Assembly: GCA_951406725.2 (NCBI GenBank)
Contig: OX597814.1
Location: 40,486,001-40,550,000 of the forward strand
Direction: 5' to 3'
From: Octopus vulgaris
Lineage: Eukaryota
Length of the DNA stretch: 64,000 bases
A program made the translations under genes and the position numbers. The notes under the pieces were generated by a model. It ran no database searches. It saw nothing but the letters and a program-made list of their open reading frames with translations, and was not told the origin of the DNA. Shown here one piece after another: positions 27,313 to 40,813 of the stretch (its first letter is position 1; each line of letters opens with the position of its first letter).

Positions 27313-28290
27313 CAGTAGTTTTATTTTTATAGCGTGCTTTCACTTCACTACCGAGCGCAGCTCTGTGTGCCTTAGGTATGTGCTGTTATTTGTCGTGATG
27401 CTCTGATGGGTATTGTATGGAAAGTGTTCTGCGTAGGATGTGTGCAGTGTTTTTGTTATGTATTTGTCTGAATATTTTTTATCATGCCTATTGCATCTAC
27501 TATGATAGGAATTGTTTCTGTTTTTAGATTCCACATTTGAACATGTTGTTCTCCTGGAAAAATCTAACACGCTTTTCGTACCTCGATATGCGGGCAGCTT
27601 TGGCAGATACCTTTTGTTTGATGGTTCCTATGGTGGCATCAATATCAAGTATAGTTTTCATATTGTATTTTTTCAGCAATTTTTGGTGTTTGTATGTTTG
27701 GTAGTCTTGTGAACCTTAAGGCTTTTCAAATATTCAATGTCAGATCTAAATAGTTTAATTTGCTGTTGCAGACGCTCTTGCCAAGAAGGCTTTTTGTGGC
27801 AATGTTGCCGTTTTCTAATCTTTACACCACATAGGATCGTTGAGATTTTCGCGGATGCATAATATAGGTGGTTGAGATTTGTGATATCAACATCATTAGC
27901 TGAAGTTATATCTTTAAGTGCAAGCCTGATTTTACCAATTATTTTCATGTTTTGGTTAGAGTTGCGGATTTTAGGGAGTGTATCACGTTCATCCATGCTG
28001 GTTTCATTAATTTTCAGCCATTCAATCATGATTTGATATTTTAGCTCATGTAGTTCTGTTGGTTCAATATTTGTGTGACTTTCTTTATGTATTTGATGTT
28101 CCTCTGTCTTAGTGTTTATGATTGGTTCAGGGAGTATTTCACTTTGCCTATCACTTATACTTACTCTTTCAATCCTTACTTCGTTTTTATCAGCCCTGGG
28201 CTGGTCTATAATTATTTCCTCTGTATTATATTCTCTAGCTGCAGCTACACGTAAGCATTGCTCGTAGCGCAGCTTCTTAAGGCTAGCAGA
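27313..28290 (-). mobile_element. Chimeric R4/Dong fragment: family A 3' end fused to family B N-terminal region
   Basis: 27313-27536 matches 54100-54370 (with deletions), and 27537-27900 matches 63415-63780. Confidence 0.85.
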
Positions 28291-29297
28291 TCTGTATTCG
28301 TCTGTATTTTTTTTTGTTGAGGGTTTTATCTCAAGACATTTTTTTCCGTTCTCTTCCTTTTTTCTTCTCTCTTTCTCTCTATCTCCTTCTTCCCCCTTTC
28401 CTTCCTTCTTTTCCCTTCCTCTTTTAAACCTATAAAAGGCTCACTCTGCCTGTATTAGTTCGAAATAAGGAGAATAAAATACGGAGAAAGAAAAGAGAAA
28501 AAGGATCTGTCAGTTATTATTGTTATTACTATCACCTTCACCACCATTACCATCATCATCATCATCATCATCATCAGCATCAGCATCATCATCATCAATG
28601 ACATTGTTTTATGTGTAGTCACAGCCACCATCATCACCACTACTGCCATTGTGTGGGGGAATGGTTGGTTAAAGAGGTCATGTTCTATGGGTCTATAAAT
28701 AGATTCAGCAGATGGTGGAGACAAAGGACATTAATGCTCAGTAAAAGGTCAAACATGTTTAAATTTTTTTTTTCCTTTCTCTTTTTTTCCTTTCCACATA
28801 CATATGTATATGTATATGTATACTCACACACACATATTATCTGATGTTTACGTCGATGATTTTTTTTTTAATTTCTGAATTCAACGTTATGTATATATTT
28901 TTTTTAATTTCTTGATTCAGTTGTATGTATATATTAGCAGGTGCTCATTTCCATTATTTTTTATCGTGCATTAAATTGTGTTGTTACAATAAAAGGCAAT
29001 TTAAAAGGCAATTTTACACATTCTTATAGTCATGAGAGACGGCTAAATGTTCACACAAAATTGGAGATATTTATGTTTCTAATTTTTTTTTGTTATGTGT
29101 ACGTTTGTATGAGCTGTAGATATGTAAGTTCCTTAACTTCTTTTGAAGGAAATTCAAATTACTCACAGAAAACAGTAGATCTTCCAGTTTTCTATAGTTT
29201 GTTTTTCAGTTGTCCTGCTGGGTTAGCTGTTGCCAGTTCAGAGCATCAGAAAAATACATCCATTCGACGTCACGTCCAGCCGCTATTCTTCTTCTTC

Positions 29298-29373
<76 letters not shown>

Positions 29374-29405
29374 GATTATTATTATTGTTCTTGTTGTTGT
29401 TGTTG

Positions 29406-29440
<35 letters not shown>

Positions 29441-29456
29441 GTTGTTGTTGTTGTTG

Positions 29457-29512
<56 letters not shown>

Positions 29513-29515
<3 letters not shown>

Positions 29516-29632
29516 TAGATTTATTTTTTTTATAGCGTGCTTACACGTCACTACCGAGCGAAGCTCTGTGTGCCTTGGGTATGTGCTGTTATTTGTTGTG
29601 ATGCTCAGATGGTTATTGTATGGAAAGTGTTC
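29513..29632 (-). mobile_element. R4/Dong family A 3' end fragment with TAA/CAA/GAA tail (29286-29512)
   Basis: cagtag.tttattttt.tatagcgtgc...ctaccgagcg.agctctgtgtgccttgggtatgtgctg matches 54100 onward. Confidence 0.85.
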
Positions 29633-29639
29633 TACCTTT

Positions 29640-30230
29640 CACAAGAGATGACACAGGTGGTAGTTTCCCAATATGTGTACTTTTACCATTTTTGAACTAA
29701 CAGCAGCCACTAAACAACTGAACGCCTCGGAAGCATTTCGTCCCGACAACCTCCCAGCTATAATTTGGAAATAGGATAGATTTCACATATTTTTTCTCAA
29801 TGTTTGCAATCACACACTTTCCACTTTTATAGCTCCAAAGATTTGGCACCAATCTCAAATCATCCCGATACCCCATAAGGCGATTTATCTCTCGTCACCA
29901 AATACAGGGGTATTGCTCTAATGTCAATTGATGCAAAATTGTACGACAAACTGATTCTAAACCGTCTCGTCTATTTTGTTCAATTTTCCCTCCGTATGAA
30001 CCAAAATGGATTCAGACATGGGCGCTCAACGTTGAGCCAAACACCATGCCTATGCAGATTTATTGAAGAATGAAAAGCATGTAATCGTGATCTTGCAATG
30101 GTGGTTGTAGACTTTTCTAAAGTGTTCGACTCTGTAGATAGGTACAAGATGTTTGAAATCCTTAAGCTCTATGGGATTCCAGACAAAATCATTTCTGCCG
30201 TCAAGGCCCTCTACACAGATATGCCTTCAA

Positions 30231-30232
<2 letters not shown>
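29640..30232 (+). mobile_element. RTE-like LINE RT fragment, decayed
   Basis: YRGIALMSIDAKLYDKLILNRL, NQNGFRHGRST and VDFSKVFDSVDRYKMFEILKLYGIPDKIISAVKALYT. Stops and frameshifts are present. Confidence 0.8.
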
Positions 30233-30274
<42 letters not shown>

Positions 30275-30359
30275 AAAAATGTTTTTAAAAATGCAGAATG
30301 CTCAAATGAAAGAAAATTTTAATAAAATGAGGAATTGATGAAATATATAAATATATATT

Positions 30360-30399
30360 TATTCAACCGGTTTCGTCATTGTATGACTTGTCAAGAATA
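30360..30399 (-). ncRNA. Minimal hammerhead variant (U3-A8) in the left pLTR arm
   Basis: Minus strand reads TATTC-TTGACAA-GTCAT aca ATGAC-GAAA-CCGG-TT-GAATA, with perfect stems I and II, palindromic stem III ACCGGT and a GUU triplet. Confidence 0.7.
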
Positions 30400-31030
30400 T
30401 TTATGTTTTAAGAAGTTTTTTTAAAATTAGAAAGGGAAAAAAAGAAAATTGCATTGTTTTTTGTAAAAGAATAATGATAAAAATGTACAAAAATTAAAAA
30501 ATAAGTTCTCCGATACATTGTGAGTTCGTTGTGTATCTTGAGTTTTATGGTTGTTTACGAAAAAATTACCTTGAGGTGTTAAGATCCAAAGGGATTAAGA
30601 GCATGTGTTGTGTTGTGTTGTTAAATTCAGCATGTTTGCAGGACAGGAAGTAGTAGTAATTGTGGTCCTGGTTCTTCAGTTCCTGTGTTGTGAGTAAGGG
30701 GAGACAACTCTTTTGAGTTCTTCAATAAAACCCAAATTATAAAACTATCATTTTAGCTTCATTTGCATTATCCTTTTTATATAATTGCTTGTTAACTTAA
30801 CTTTCAGATTTTAACACTTTATTTATATTATTTTCTAATAATATAAATCTGCATAGACAATTGCATTTCAAATTGTCATATCATTTATAATAAAAATGAT
30901 AGTAATAACAACAATAGTAAAAATGATATTTAATGAATATAAGTTTTAGCTTGAAGTGATGAATGCATGGTATCTTTATATATTTGTGTTAGTCCATCCA
31001 TGAAGAGTGAGGTAGAGAAAGGAAGTTTGA

Positions 31031-31575
31031 TCAACGAGGAGTTTGCATATTAAGTTGTGTTTGGAATTTTTCAATAAAGAGATTCTCCTTGTTAATTCTC
31101 TCCTGTGTGGTGATCCCGTCTTTACATTGGTAGAAGGGGAATATATAGAATTTGGGGTTTAAGTCTTTAGCACATGAGTCTAAGTGGTCACTCAGTGGAA
31201 TTTGTCGGTATTCCGAGAGATTTATTTGTTCTTTATGCACCGTTACTCGTTTACGTAACGGGAGACTCGTTTGTCCAACATAATTATGTTGGCAACCAGC
31301 GCATGTGAGAACGTAGATAAGGTTGTCGGAGGAACAGGAGAAGTTAGTCTTGATTTTAAACTTCGTACCTTGTTTGAAGGTAAATTCAGAGCCTTCAAGT
31401 AGAAAGGGGCAGGTACCACAGTTTGAGCGTGCACATTTTTTTACTGTTGGGGGTGGATGTGGTTTGTGAAGTTTGGCATTTGTCAAGAGTTTTTTTAAAG
31501 ATTTGTGTTGCCTTTTGCATTTGAGGATTTTGTGTGTATTAATAATGTTTTTCATTTTTGGGTCTGTTGACAGTA
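31031..31575 (-). pseudogene. Inverted duplicate of the linker and GIY-YIG domain
   Basis: ORF 31031-31714 is near identical to the C-terminal part of the + strand copy from LLSTDPKMK onward. Confidence 0.9.
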
Positions 31576-31625
31576 GACAGGTTTTGTATGATTGTGGTGT
31601 ATGCTTCGATATTTTTGGGGTTGTG

Positions 31626-32928
31626 ACCGCATTAACATGTCTTTTATTACAGAATCTCTTAAGTTCATTCTGACAAAAAAATTTTTTCTCTTCGACGACA
31701 CACACTACCGTCAAAAATTTGGCATTGCGATGGGTACCAAGGCTGCACCAGTCCTTGCGAACCTCATAATGGGTTACTTCGAACTGTCACTCTATGAAAT
31801 ATCAAGCCAGAAATTTGGACATGTTTTCCACACCTACCTAATGGAAAATTGGAAAAGGTATTTAGATGATTGTTTCATCATATGGAAAGAACCTTATGAA
31901 AAACTCCTGGAATTCAAAACCATACTAAACAACATACATCCCAACATCCAATTCACTATGGAATTAAGCAAACATCATCTCCCATTCCTTGATCTCCTAA
32001 TTATAAAAAGACCTAAGAACCAAATCATAACAGACATCTACCACAAACCTACAGACTCACAACAATACCTCCTCTTTAGTTCATGCCACCCAAAACACAC
32101 CAAGACAAATATCCCTTTCAATTTAGCTAAAAGGGTATGCACCATTGTCTCGGATCCAAAAACACGAAAAATACGCCTTCAAGACCTCAAAAAAACACTA
32201 TTACAACGTCAATATCCCTCCACCCTTATAGAGTATGGAATAAAACGCGCCAAAGAACTAGACAACACTACACTGAAAACCACCCAACCTAACACCACAC
32301 ACAACCTCAAAATACTCCCATACATTTCCACCCACAACCCCAAAAATATCGAAGCATACACCACAATCATACAAAACCTCAGTCTACTGTCAACAGACCC
32401 AAAAATGAAAAACATTATAAATACACACAAAATCCTCAAATGCAAAAGGCAACAAAAATCTTTAAAAAATCTCTTGACAAATGCCAAACTTCACACACCA
32501 CATCCACCCCAACAGTAAAAAAATGTGCACGCTCAAACTGTGGTACCTGTCCCTTTCTACTTGAAGGCTCTGAATTTACCTTCAAACAAGGTACGAAGTT
32601 TAAAATCAAGACTAACTTCTCCTGTTCCTCCGACAACCTTATCTACGTTCTCACATGCGCTGGTTGCCAACATAATTATGTTGGACAAACGAGTCTCCCG
32701 TTACGTAAACGAGTAACGGTGCATAAAGAACAAATAAATCTCTCGGAATACCGACAAATTCCACTGAGTGACCACTTAGACTCATGTGCTAAAGACTTAA
32801 ACCCCAAATTCTATATATTCCCCTTCTACCAATGTAAAGACGGGATCACCACACAGGAGAGAATTAACAAGGAGAATCTCTTTATTGAAACATTCCAAAC
32901 ACAACTTAATATGCAAACTCCTCGTTGA
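31626..32928 (+). pseudogene. PLE reverse transcriptase, Cys-rich linker and GIY-YIG endonuclease (N-truncated, 1-bp frameshift at ~32510)
   Basis: RT motifs GIAMGTKAAPVLANL, WKRYLDDCF, LPFLDL and DIYHKPT. Linker KCARSNCGTC. Endonuclease NLIYVLTCAGCQHNYVGQT...R...H...H...E...LN. The inverted arm has one extra C and reads through in frame. Confidence 0.92.
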
Positions 32929-33560
32929 TCAAACATCCTTTCTCTACCTCACTCTTCATGGATGGACTAACACAAATATATAAAGATACCATGCATTCAT
33001 CACTTCAAGTTAAAACTTATATTCTTTAAATATCATTTTTACTATTGTTGTTATTACTATCATTTTTATTATAAATGATATGACAATTTGAAATGCAATT
33101 GTCTATGCAGATTTATATTATTAGAAAATAATATAAATAAAGTGTTAAAATCTGAAAGTTAAGTTAACAAGCAATTATATAAAAAGGATAATGCAAATGA
33201 AGCTAAAATGATAGTTTTATAATTTGGGTTTTATCGAAGAACTCAAAAGAGTTGTCTCCCCTTACTCACAACACAGGAACTGAAGAACCAGGACCACAAT
33301 TACTACTACTTCCTGTCCTGCAAACATGCTGAATTTAACAACACAACACAACACATGCTCTTAATCCCTTTGGATCTTAACACCTCAAGGTAATTTTTTC
33401 GTAAACAACCATAAAACTCAAGATACACAACGAACTCACAATGTATCGGAGAACTTATTTTTAATTTTTGTACATTTTTATCATTATTCTTTTACAAAAA
33501 ACAATGCAATTTTCTTTTTTTCCCCTTTCTAATTTTTAAAAAAACTTCTTAAAACATAAA

Positions 33561-33601
33561 TATTCTTGACAAGTCATACAATGACGAAAACCGGTTGAAT
33601 A
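33561..33601 (+). ncRNA. Minimal hammerhead variant (U3-A8) in the right pLTR arm, with one extra A
   Basis: TATTC-TTGACAA-GTCAT aca ATGAC-GAAAA-CCGG-TT-GAATA. Confidence 0.6.
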
Positions 33602-33742
33602 AGTATATATTTATATATTTTATCAATTCCTCATTTTATTAAAATTTTCATTCATTTGAGCATTCTATATTTTTAAATAAAATTTTCCTTACTTATCATT
33701 TCTCCACGTGCGGTCAACACAACCCCACCATTTATTGATCTA

Positions 33743-33784
<42 letters not shown>

Positions 33785-33787
<3 letters not shown>

Positions 33788-34186
33788 TTTTATAAATAAG
33801 GATACTATCGATATTTAAATATCAATATTATCAAGTGCCCAGCATGGCAAAAAATACCGTACAAAGGTAATAATTTTTTACAACTAAAAATAATGGTCTC
33901 TGAGAGACACCACCATGCCGAAATAGCAGTCAAAACCCTGACTTTAAAAACTACGTTAAATATTCATATCGTACCATGAGATAAGACAGAGGGACAAAAT
34001 AGACTAGCAAAAAGTATTATTGAATAATTCAAGATCTTGAATTATTCAATAATATTCTTTGCTAGTCTATTTTGTCCCTCTGTCTTATCTCATGGTACGA
34101 TATGAACATTTAACGTGGTTTTTAAAGTTAGGGTTTTGACTGCTATTTCGGCATGGTGGTGTCTCTCAGACACCCTTATTTTTAGT

Positions 34187-34187
<1 letters not shown>
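33785..34187. mobile_element. Spacerless ~306-bp palindrome with one-sided extension, inside (TA)n
   Basis: Arms 33882-34034 and 34035-34187, centred on TTGAATAATTCAAGA|TCTTGAATTATTCAA. Each arm carries a CTGAGAG...GCCGAAATAGCAGTC hammerhead-like motif. Confidence 0.85.
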
Positions 34188-34246
<59 letters not shown>

Positions 34247-34777
34247 CGAGCAAAACAATGGACGTTCCTGAGTTGTCAAACACCTAAACCAAATTTTCTC
34301 AAAGCAACTTGTACGACCGTCTCATAGGCGTTCTCCTTTGAGAAACACTGATTTAACCTAAATTTGAGTCACTGGCAAACGAAGAAACAGAGATAGATTT
34401 TTTTCCTATTCCAAACTTAAACGATTTTATTCGCAAAAATATGCAACCGAAGAGTTTAAAGTACCAGTAATATTAAGGCTATTGACTGGGAGAACAAAAA
34501 CGTGGTTTAAGGAGTAAGCTTAGTAGCAAAGAAACGTGCCTTGAAGGAGTAAAAAATGAAAAAAAAAATGGAATATGCTCTTCTGTATTGATTGCCGGAA
34601 GAAAAGCAGGAGAAAAACGATGCAAGCACTCTAGAATCGATTATGTAATTTTTTCAATAATTATATAGGCCCTGATATCGTCGTTATCTACATATCAAAT
34701 ATGAGCCCAGTTGGAGATTGCCCGAGATCCTAGAAAACACACAGACAGACAGAACGGATGTTATCTAATATATATAT

Positions 34778-34860
<83 letters not shown>

Positions 34861-35040
34861 GGTCAGGCGCCATGATAGATCGTTAACCACTACACACATT
34901 TTTTTCTCTCCTTGTTTTCTGTAGAAGGGCGTAGGCGCGAAACGTAACATACATTTTCTATTCCTGAGCGTTATACTAATACATCTGTTTGTTTTGTACA
35001 CCACCTGCCTTTGTCTTTCTCTGTTTGTTTCGTAAACTCT

Positions 35041-35043
<3 letters not shown>
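34861..35043 (+). mobile_element. Short pLTR-like unit between (TA)n runs with a hammerhead-like motif. Related copies at ~8100-8200 and 15390-15550.
   Basis: CTGTAGAA-GGGC-GTAG-GCGC-GAAAC-GTA followed by actaataca..tg.ttgtt, which is shared with the 15.4-kb copy. Confidence 0.6.
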
Positions 35044-35117
<74 letters not shown>

Positions 35118-35170
35118 TATACATATATATATATATCCACACACATATATATATATATATATATAAACAC

Positions 35171-35209
<39 letters not shown>

Positions 35210-35392
35210 AACACATATATATACACACACACACATATATTTATATACACACGCACACACACAAAAAAATCCCGTTAGATTAAGTTCAGAATGTGTGTTC
35301 TTAAATGACTTATAAACATCTTTCACGCTGCAATTATATTTGTTTCACCACAAGATATCAGATCAAGTGACTTGCTATGCAAGCATATCTCC

Positions 35393-35424
<32 letters not shown>

Positions 35425-35430
<6 letters not shown>

Positions 35431-35722
35431 TGGGAGTAAATCCAAACTTACAGGGAAAAATTAGATTTAGCATTTTATAGTATAAATATATATATTAAAT
35501 TAGAGATAAAACCACTATTAGGCAATTCAAACAGTGAAAATCATAAACCAAAACATAGAAATAAGATTAATTAATAGCAATATATAAGATATAAAATTCA
35601 AATTTTAAATTAATTATATTATGTATTTTATATTTTATATACTTTTTATCAATTAATTTTACTTCTATGTATTGGTTTAATATTTTCACTGTTTGGTTTG
35701 CCTAATAGTGGTTTTATCTCTA

Positions 35723-35726
<4 letters not shown>
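35425..35726. mobile_element. AT-rich asymmetric fold-back inside (TA)n. A partial second copy lies at 40626-40718 in the opposite orientation.
   Basis: Arms 35497-35600 and 35622-35726 (aaattagagataaaaccactattaggcaa / ttgcctaatagtggttttatctctaattt). Confidence 0.8.
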
Positions 35727-35758
<32 letters not shown>

Positions 35759-35804
35759 TCTAATATCTATACACCGTTGTTTTTTATCTTATTACGCAAA
35801 CATT

Positions 35805-35926
<122 letters not shown>

Positions 35927-36899
35927 CATACAGGTGCACATGCATACATACATTTATATATATATACATTTGTCTGTGTGTGTGTTGTTTTTGAATAATC
36001 GATTATAATTTTAACATGCATTTTATATATGTACAATATCCCAACCCCATAAACACTACACTCTTGAGTCATACATAAACCTTTTGAATACCAAGAGACT
36101 ACGTTTCTGCATCTCTATATATTATTTTATACACACCTCCTAATATTTTAAATTTCATTCACGTTTCATAAACCTTCCCGTATAGCCTACGGTATTGAAC
36201 GTTGAATCCATACATATTAATGTTTTTAATTCTTGGAATATTATCATTTTTAATGCTGTTTGTGTGATGATTATAAGAAGAGTAAACATGAAAACTAAAG
36301 TAAATAGCAGACCCAGTAAGATGTATCAATTTCCCCGCAGGTGTCTCTGTAATGATGCAACGCTTGAAGCTTCAGAACCATGAGATGAATACAGAAGTAT
36401 TTGAGTACGTTAGAGTCATTAGATGAATTTCTTATTTTCCATCTTAGCCTGGTTCACGTAGTGTCAACTTTTCTTAATGAAGTAACTTCTAAATTATTGA
36501 TTTTTTTTTACGATACTTGTGTCAAATTTTTTCATAAAATATTGTTTGATATTTCAGAATGATAGCCAATAAGCGAGTAACATATCAGCAGTGCTTGAGG
36601 CAATAACAATCTGTGAAATGTGGATATAAACTGTTATCCAAAACTAAAAAGACAGAGCACAGTCCAGTTTTTCACGAAATATTCTGCCTCATTCACGATA
36701 CTAGCCCCTAGATAGGAAATACAAAAGAAAAAGGCAGTTAAATATTCAAGTTTATTAACATTTAAAATAAACTTGATAATAATTCAAAAAGCATAAAGCC
36801 AGAAACCCCCTGTTCAAGACTACGATGTCAGGCTAAATAATGTAAAAAATATGCAAAACGAGGAATTTATGATATATTTTAAATATATTCTCATGCAAT

Positions 36900-37480
36900 A
36901 CACCCGCAATAGTGTGTATGTTGCCAACCTGACTGAATTACTTCGAAAACACGTGATTTCCTGCTCCCAATGAACAACTGAAGCAGATCAAATAGCAGTT
37001 CTTCCCAGGCCTTCTATAATGCCGTTTGGAGTTTATCAACAGATAAATGCTGCTTCCCTTCGCCATACACAAATGTCGGGAGATATACCCAGGCATTCTC
37101 TGTAGGATTATAATCCGCGATTTGTTGCTGGGCATGGCGTGACTTCAACCACATTTGCATGGATGAAATCCAAAACTGCTTTTGCTTTATGAATAGGAAT
37201 GTTATACTTTTGAATTCTGAAGTTTTCTCCACTACGCCTTCTATCTACTTCGTCAATGTGAGCCTAGTCCAACATATTGATGTATCGTTTAGGATTAAAA
37301 CGGTCATCCATGATGATAATTGGCAGCTTTCCGTTGGAAGATATAACCCCCCCCCCACACACACACACACATCACAAGACTTCCTCCGATGTTCTGCTGC
37401 TTGGGGAAGTAGAACTTTCTACATATTTATTTGTCCAGTAATACTTATAATCCTCGGCGCCATACAAATTCCAGTTTTTG
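36900..37480 (-). mobile_element. Tc1-like transposase remnant
   Basis: ADYNPTENAWVYLPTFVYGEGKQHLSVDKLQTAL*KAWEEL matches the Tc1 SPDLNPIEN.W...AW motif. Boundaries are uncertain. Confidence 0.6.
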
Positions 37481-38695
37481 CTCACGGGATATCAGAATCT
37501 TGATCTATTCACCATCTTACATATGATGCTGTCTAGTAGGCTCCAATCTAAAATCTTTGTGTGAAAGGGACAATAACAGACGTCCTAGTTGCTTCTTCAG
37601 GGAAAAATCATAGTTCAAAATCACTCTTCCTGTGGCGGAAATCGAGCTTCCTACACCTGCTGAAGCCTTGATTTTTGAAACAGAAGCGTAACTTCACAGC
37701 TCTGACAATGACCATTTCTAGTGTAGCCTTGGGATGTCCACCAGTATGAGCCATGTTGTGGCAGTCAGGTTATATCAGAAAATTGTCCTCTGGCATTCTG
37801 CGTCACAGAATATTTTCGGCAATCTTTTTCTTACTCCTGCTTTCCGCTTTCAGTGTAAGTATCTTGTTTCATTTCCAGAAATTTTGTTGCTTTAGGCATG
37901 CTGGAATACGACTGTGTCGAATGTTTTCCGAAATAATCTGGAAAGAAATAAAAAGGTATTAGTGGCTTTATACTTTGACGTGCTGAGTGCCCTGTCACAA
38001 TAGATTATGCCTCTCAGACAGCCTAAACGCTTGGCTAATTTTCTAACTCACCCTCTCTGTCTCTGGCTCTCTCTCTCTCTCTCTCTGTATATATATATAT
38101 ATATATATAGATGGATGGATGGATGTGCATATGTATGTAGGGATCAGTATATACCCGCATACGCATGTGTTCATTTCTTGCCTAGTTATACAGACTAATG
38201 TAACTATTTTTTTACTCAATACATTTTCGTAGACCAGGTCTTTATCGAAATATGCGAAGTCGTCGAATCGCCAGACACTTATTCTGTTTTTGACATTAAA
38301 TCGCGTTTGGCGAGTTTTCATTCTGAGACGGTTAATGTTCGGAGAAACATTTATAGAAAATTTGTTGATCCCATGGATATTTGAAACTTCACATAATTTC
38401 GTATCAGTTATATTATTTTTGTGCTACGAACTATAAAACTAGGTGGTTTTGGAAGGCAGTTATTGAGGTGTTTAGTGTGTTTCTTTTATCTAAATTATAT
38501 TATCGTAGTCACATTCCTAAATGTGAATTCATGACGTTACCTATACATCAAGATCAATACTAAAGGATGGTGCACGTCTACAATGGTAAAATATAATGTA
38601 AGGAAATATTCACAGTAGCCAATACAAAAAAAATTCACTACATAATTATATTCCTTTATAGGCTTGCATATATCTTAGTGCACATACATATCCAT

Positions 38696-38775
<80 letters not shown>

Positions 38776-38903
38776 TAATATGAATATGGAAATGGAAATA
38801 CTCATATGAAACCAGAAGAAGTATAGTGAAAAAATGCATATATATGCAAGTTTATATTACTAAGAACACACAAACTGAGATTGCTCGTCAACACATCTAC
38901 TTG

Positions 38904-38955
<52 letters not shown>

Positions 38956-38986
38956 GAAATATATATATTTATGTATATATATATAA

Positions 38987-39033
<47 letters not shown>

Positions 39034-39035
39034 TA

Positions 39036-39076
<41 letters not shown>

Positions 39077-39127
39077 AATATATATATTTCTTTTTTTTGC
39101 TTGTTTCCTCTGAAAGCTGCGGCCATG

Positions 39128-40437
39128 CTGATGCACCGCCCATCTGTAGATTGAGTCCAACTCCTGATGCAGGTGTGTAACATCGCTGGGGTTCTGTATT
39201 TTCTGCGAGACTTTCGTATCGTCTGCATAGCTAGCCAGAATGGCTATCCGGGCATTTGAGGGCATATCTGAGAGGGCCATTATAAAAAGCAGTGGTCCCA
39301 AGACAGTGCCCTGTGGAACACCGCTCAATATGGAATGCGATTAGTTTCGTTCTGCCTATCCGTTCCATGATTTTGCTGATGTGTGAAGTCAGGGAGGAAG
39401 GCCTATAGTTTTTGGCATCTGCTCTACTTCCCCCTTTATGTATTGGCCATGTTATTACCTCCTTCAGCTTGTTTGGCAGTTTGCCATTTGCAAGAAAGCT
39501 CTGGAATAGAATCTTGAGGGATGTTGCCAAGGCATGCTTACACGCTTTGAGGAGGATTACTTGGAAACCAGCTGGACCAGCAATTGAGTTTGTGTCCAAT
39601 TCATCTATGGCTAGTAGGACATCTTCTTCGCTAATGTCAATACATTATATTGTAACCGCCTCGCTGGTTAAAGGTGAGGCGGCAAAGAAGTCCACTGGTT
39701 CGTTCACTTGTCTGTGATCCAATGGGGTGGTAAAGACACTTTTGAACTGGTCATTCAGCATCTCACTGATCATAGTTGGACTGTCTGTGAGGGAGCCATC
39801 CTTTTGAAGGATGAGTCCTATATTGTTGTGCACTGAGGTTGTTTCTTTCGCGTAATGAAAGAAAGCCTTTGGGTTTGATTTAATATTTTTTTATAACCCA
39901 GGCTTCTTTGCCTGCTTTCTCATGCCAATGTCTGGTGTGGAGAGACATTCCGGCCAGTCCTCTCTGAGGATCTCTTTTTGGATCGATTTCCAATCTGCTT
40001 TGTGGAAGTTCAGATTGGAGAGATGTTGGGTGCTTCTTTAGGCTGTATGCTTCTGGTTACTTTTGGCCCAAACATAGACAGCTCTATTATGTTGTGATCC
40101 GAAACTAATGTAGGTGTCACTTTCACATCATGAATGATGTCCACATTGTTCGTGAAGCAGTGATCCAGAATGTTATTCGCCCTAGTTGGTTTGAGTACAA
40201 CTTGCTCCATGAATAAGGCATTGGTGAGGTTGAGCAGGGACTCTACTTGTACTTGCTTGCAATGATTCATTCTTGAGAGTATGAGACCTTCAGGCAATAT
40301 GTATTGCATATGACTATATTATGTTGTCTTATGTATACAATTAAAGTGTCACATACCGAATTTGAGTATGTCATTAAGACCTGGGGTGTGAGGTCATCTC
40401 GGATGTATACATCAACTCCACCATGGCTCCTTTCCCC
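39128..40437 (-). mobile_element. CR1-clade LINE remnant (APE and RT pieces, internally deleted)
   Basis: APE motifs [22 protein letters not shown] and SDHNII. RT motifs PIHKGGSRADAKNYRP and SGVPQGTVLGPLLFIM...SYADDTK. Confidence 0.9.
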
Positions 40438-40531
<94 letters not shown>

Positions 40532-40548
40532 GTATGCATGTATGTATG

Positions 40549-40617
<69 letters not shown>

Positions 40618-40729
40618 ATATACGTTTTTTCTCTAATTTATAAATTATATATTTATATTGTGAAATTTGATTTAATACTAAATTGAATTTTCCGTGTAAG
40701 TTTGGAGTTATTATCCTAATACATACATA

Positions 40730-40813
<84 letters not shown>

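Larger units (their letters stand above)
30270..33741 (+). mobile_element. Penelope-like retroelement (Neptune-type), 5'-truncated, with an inverted copy of its 3' half
   Basis: 30270-31625 is the reverse complement of 32333-33691, with unique RT sequence at 31626-32332. Both ends sit in (TA)n. Confidence 0.95.

Noticed and set aside
29209-29285. EGF-like exon starting CPAG
   Set aside because: No further cysteines and no donor site before the sequence runs into microsatellite.
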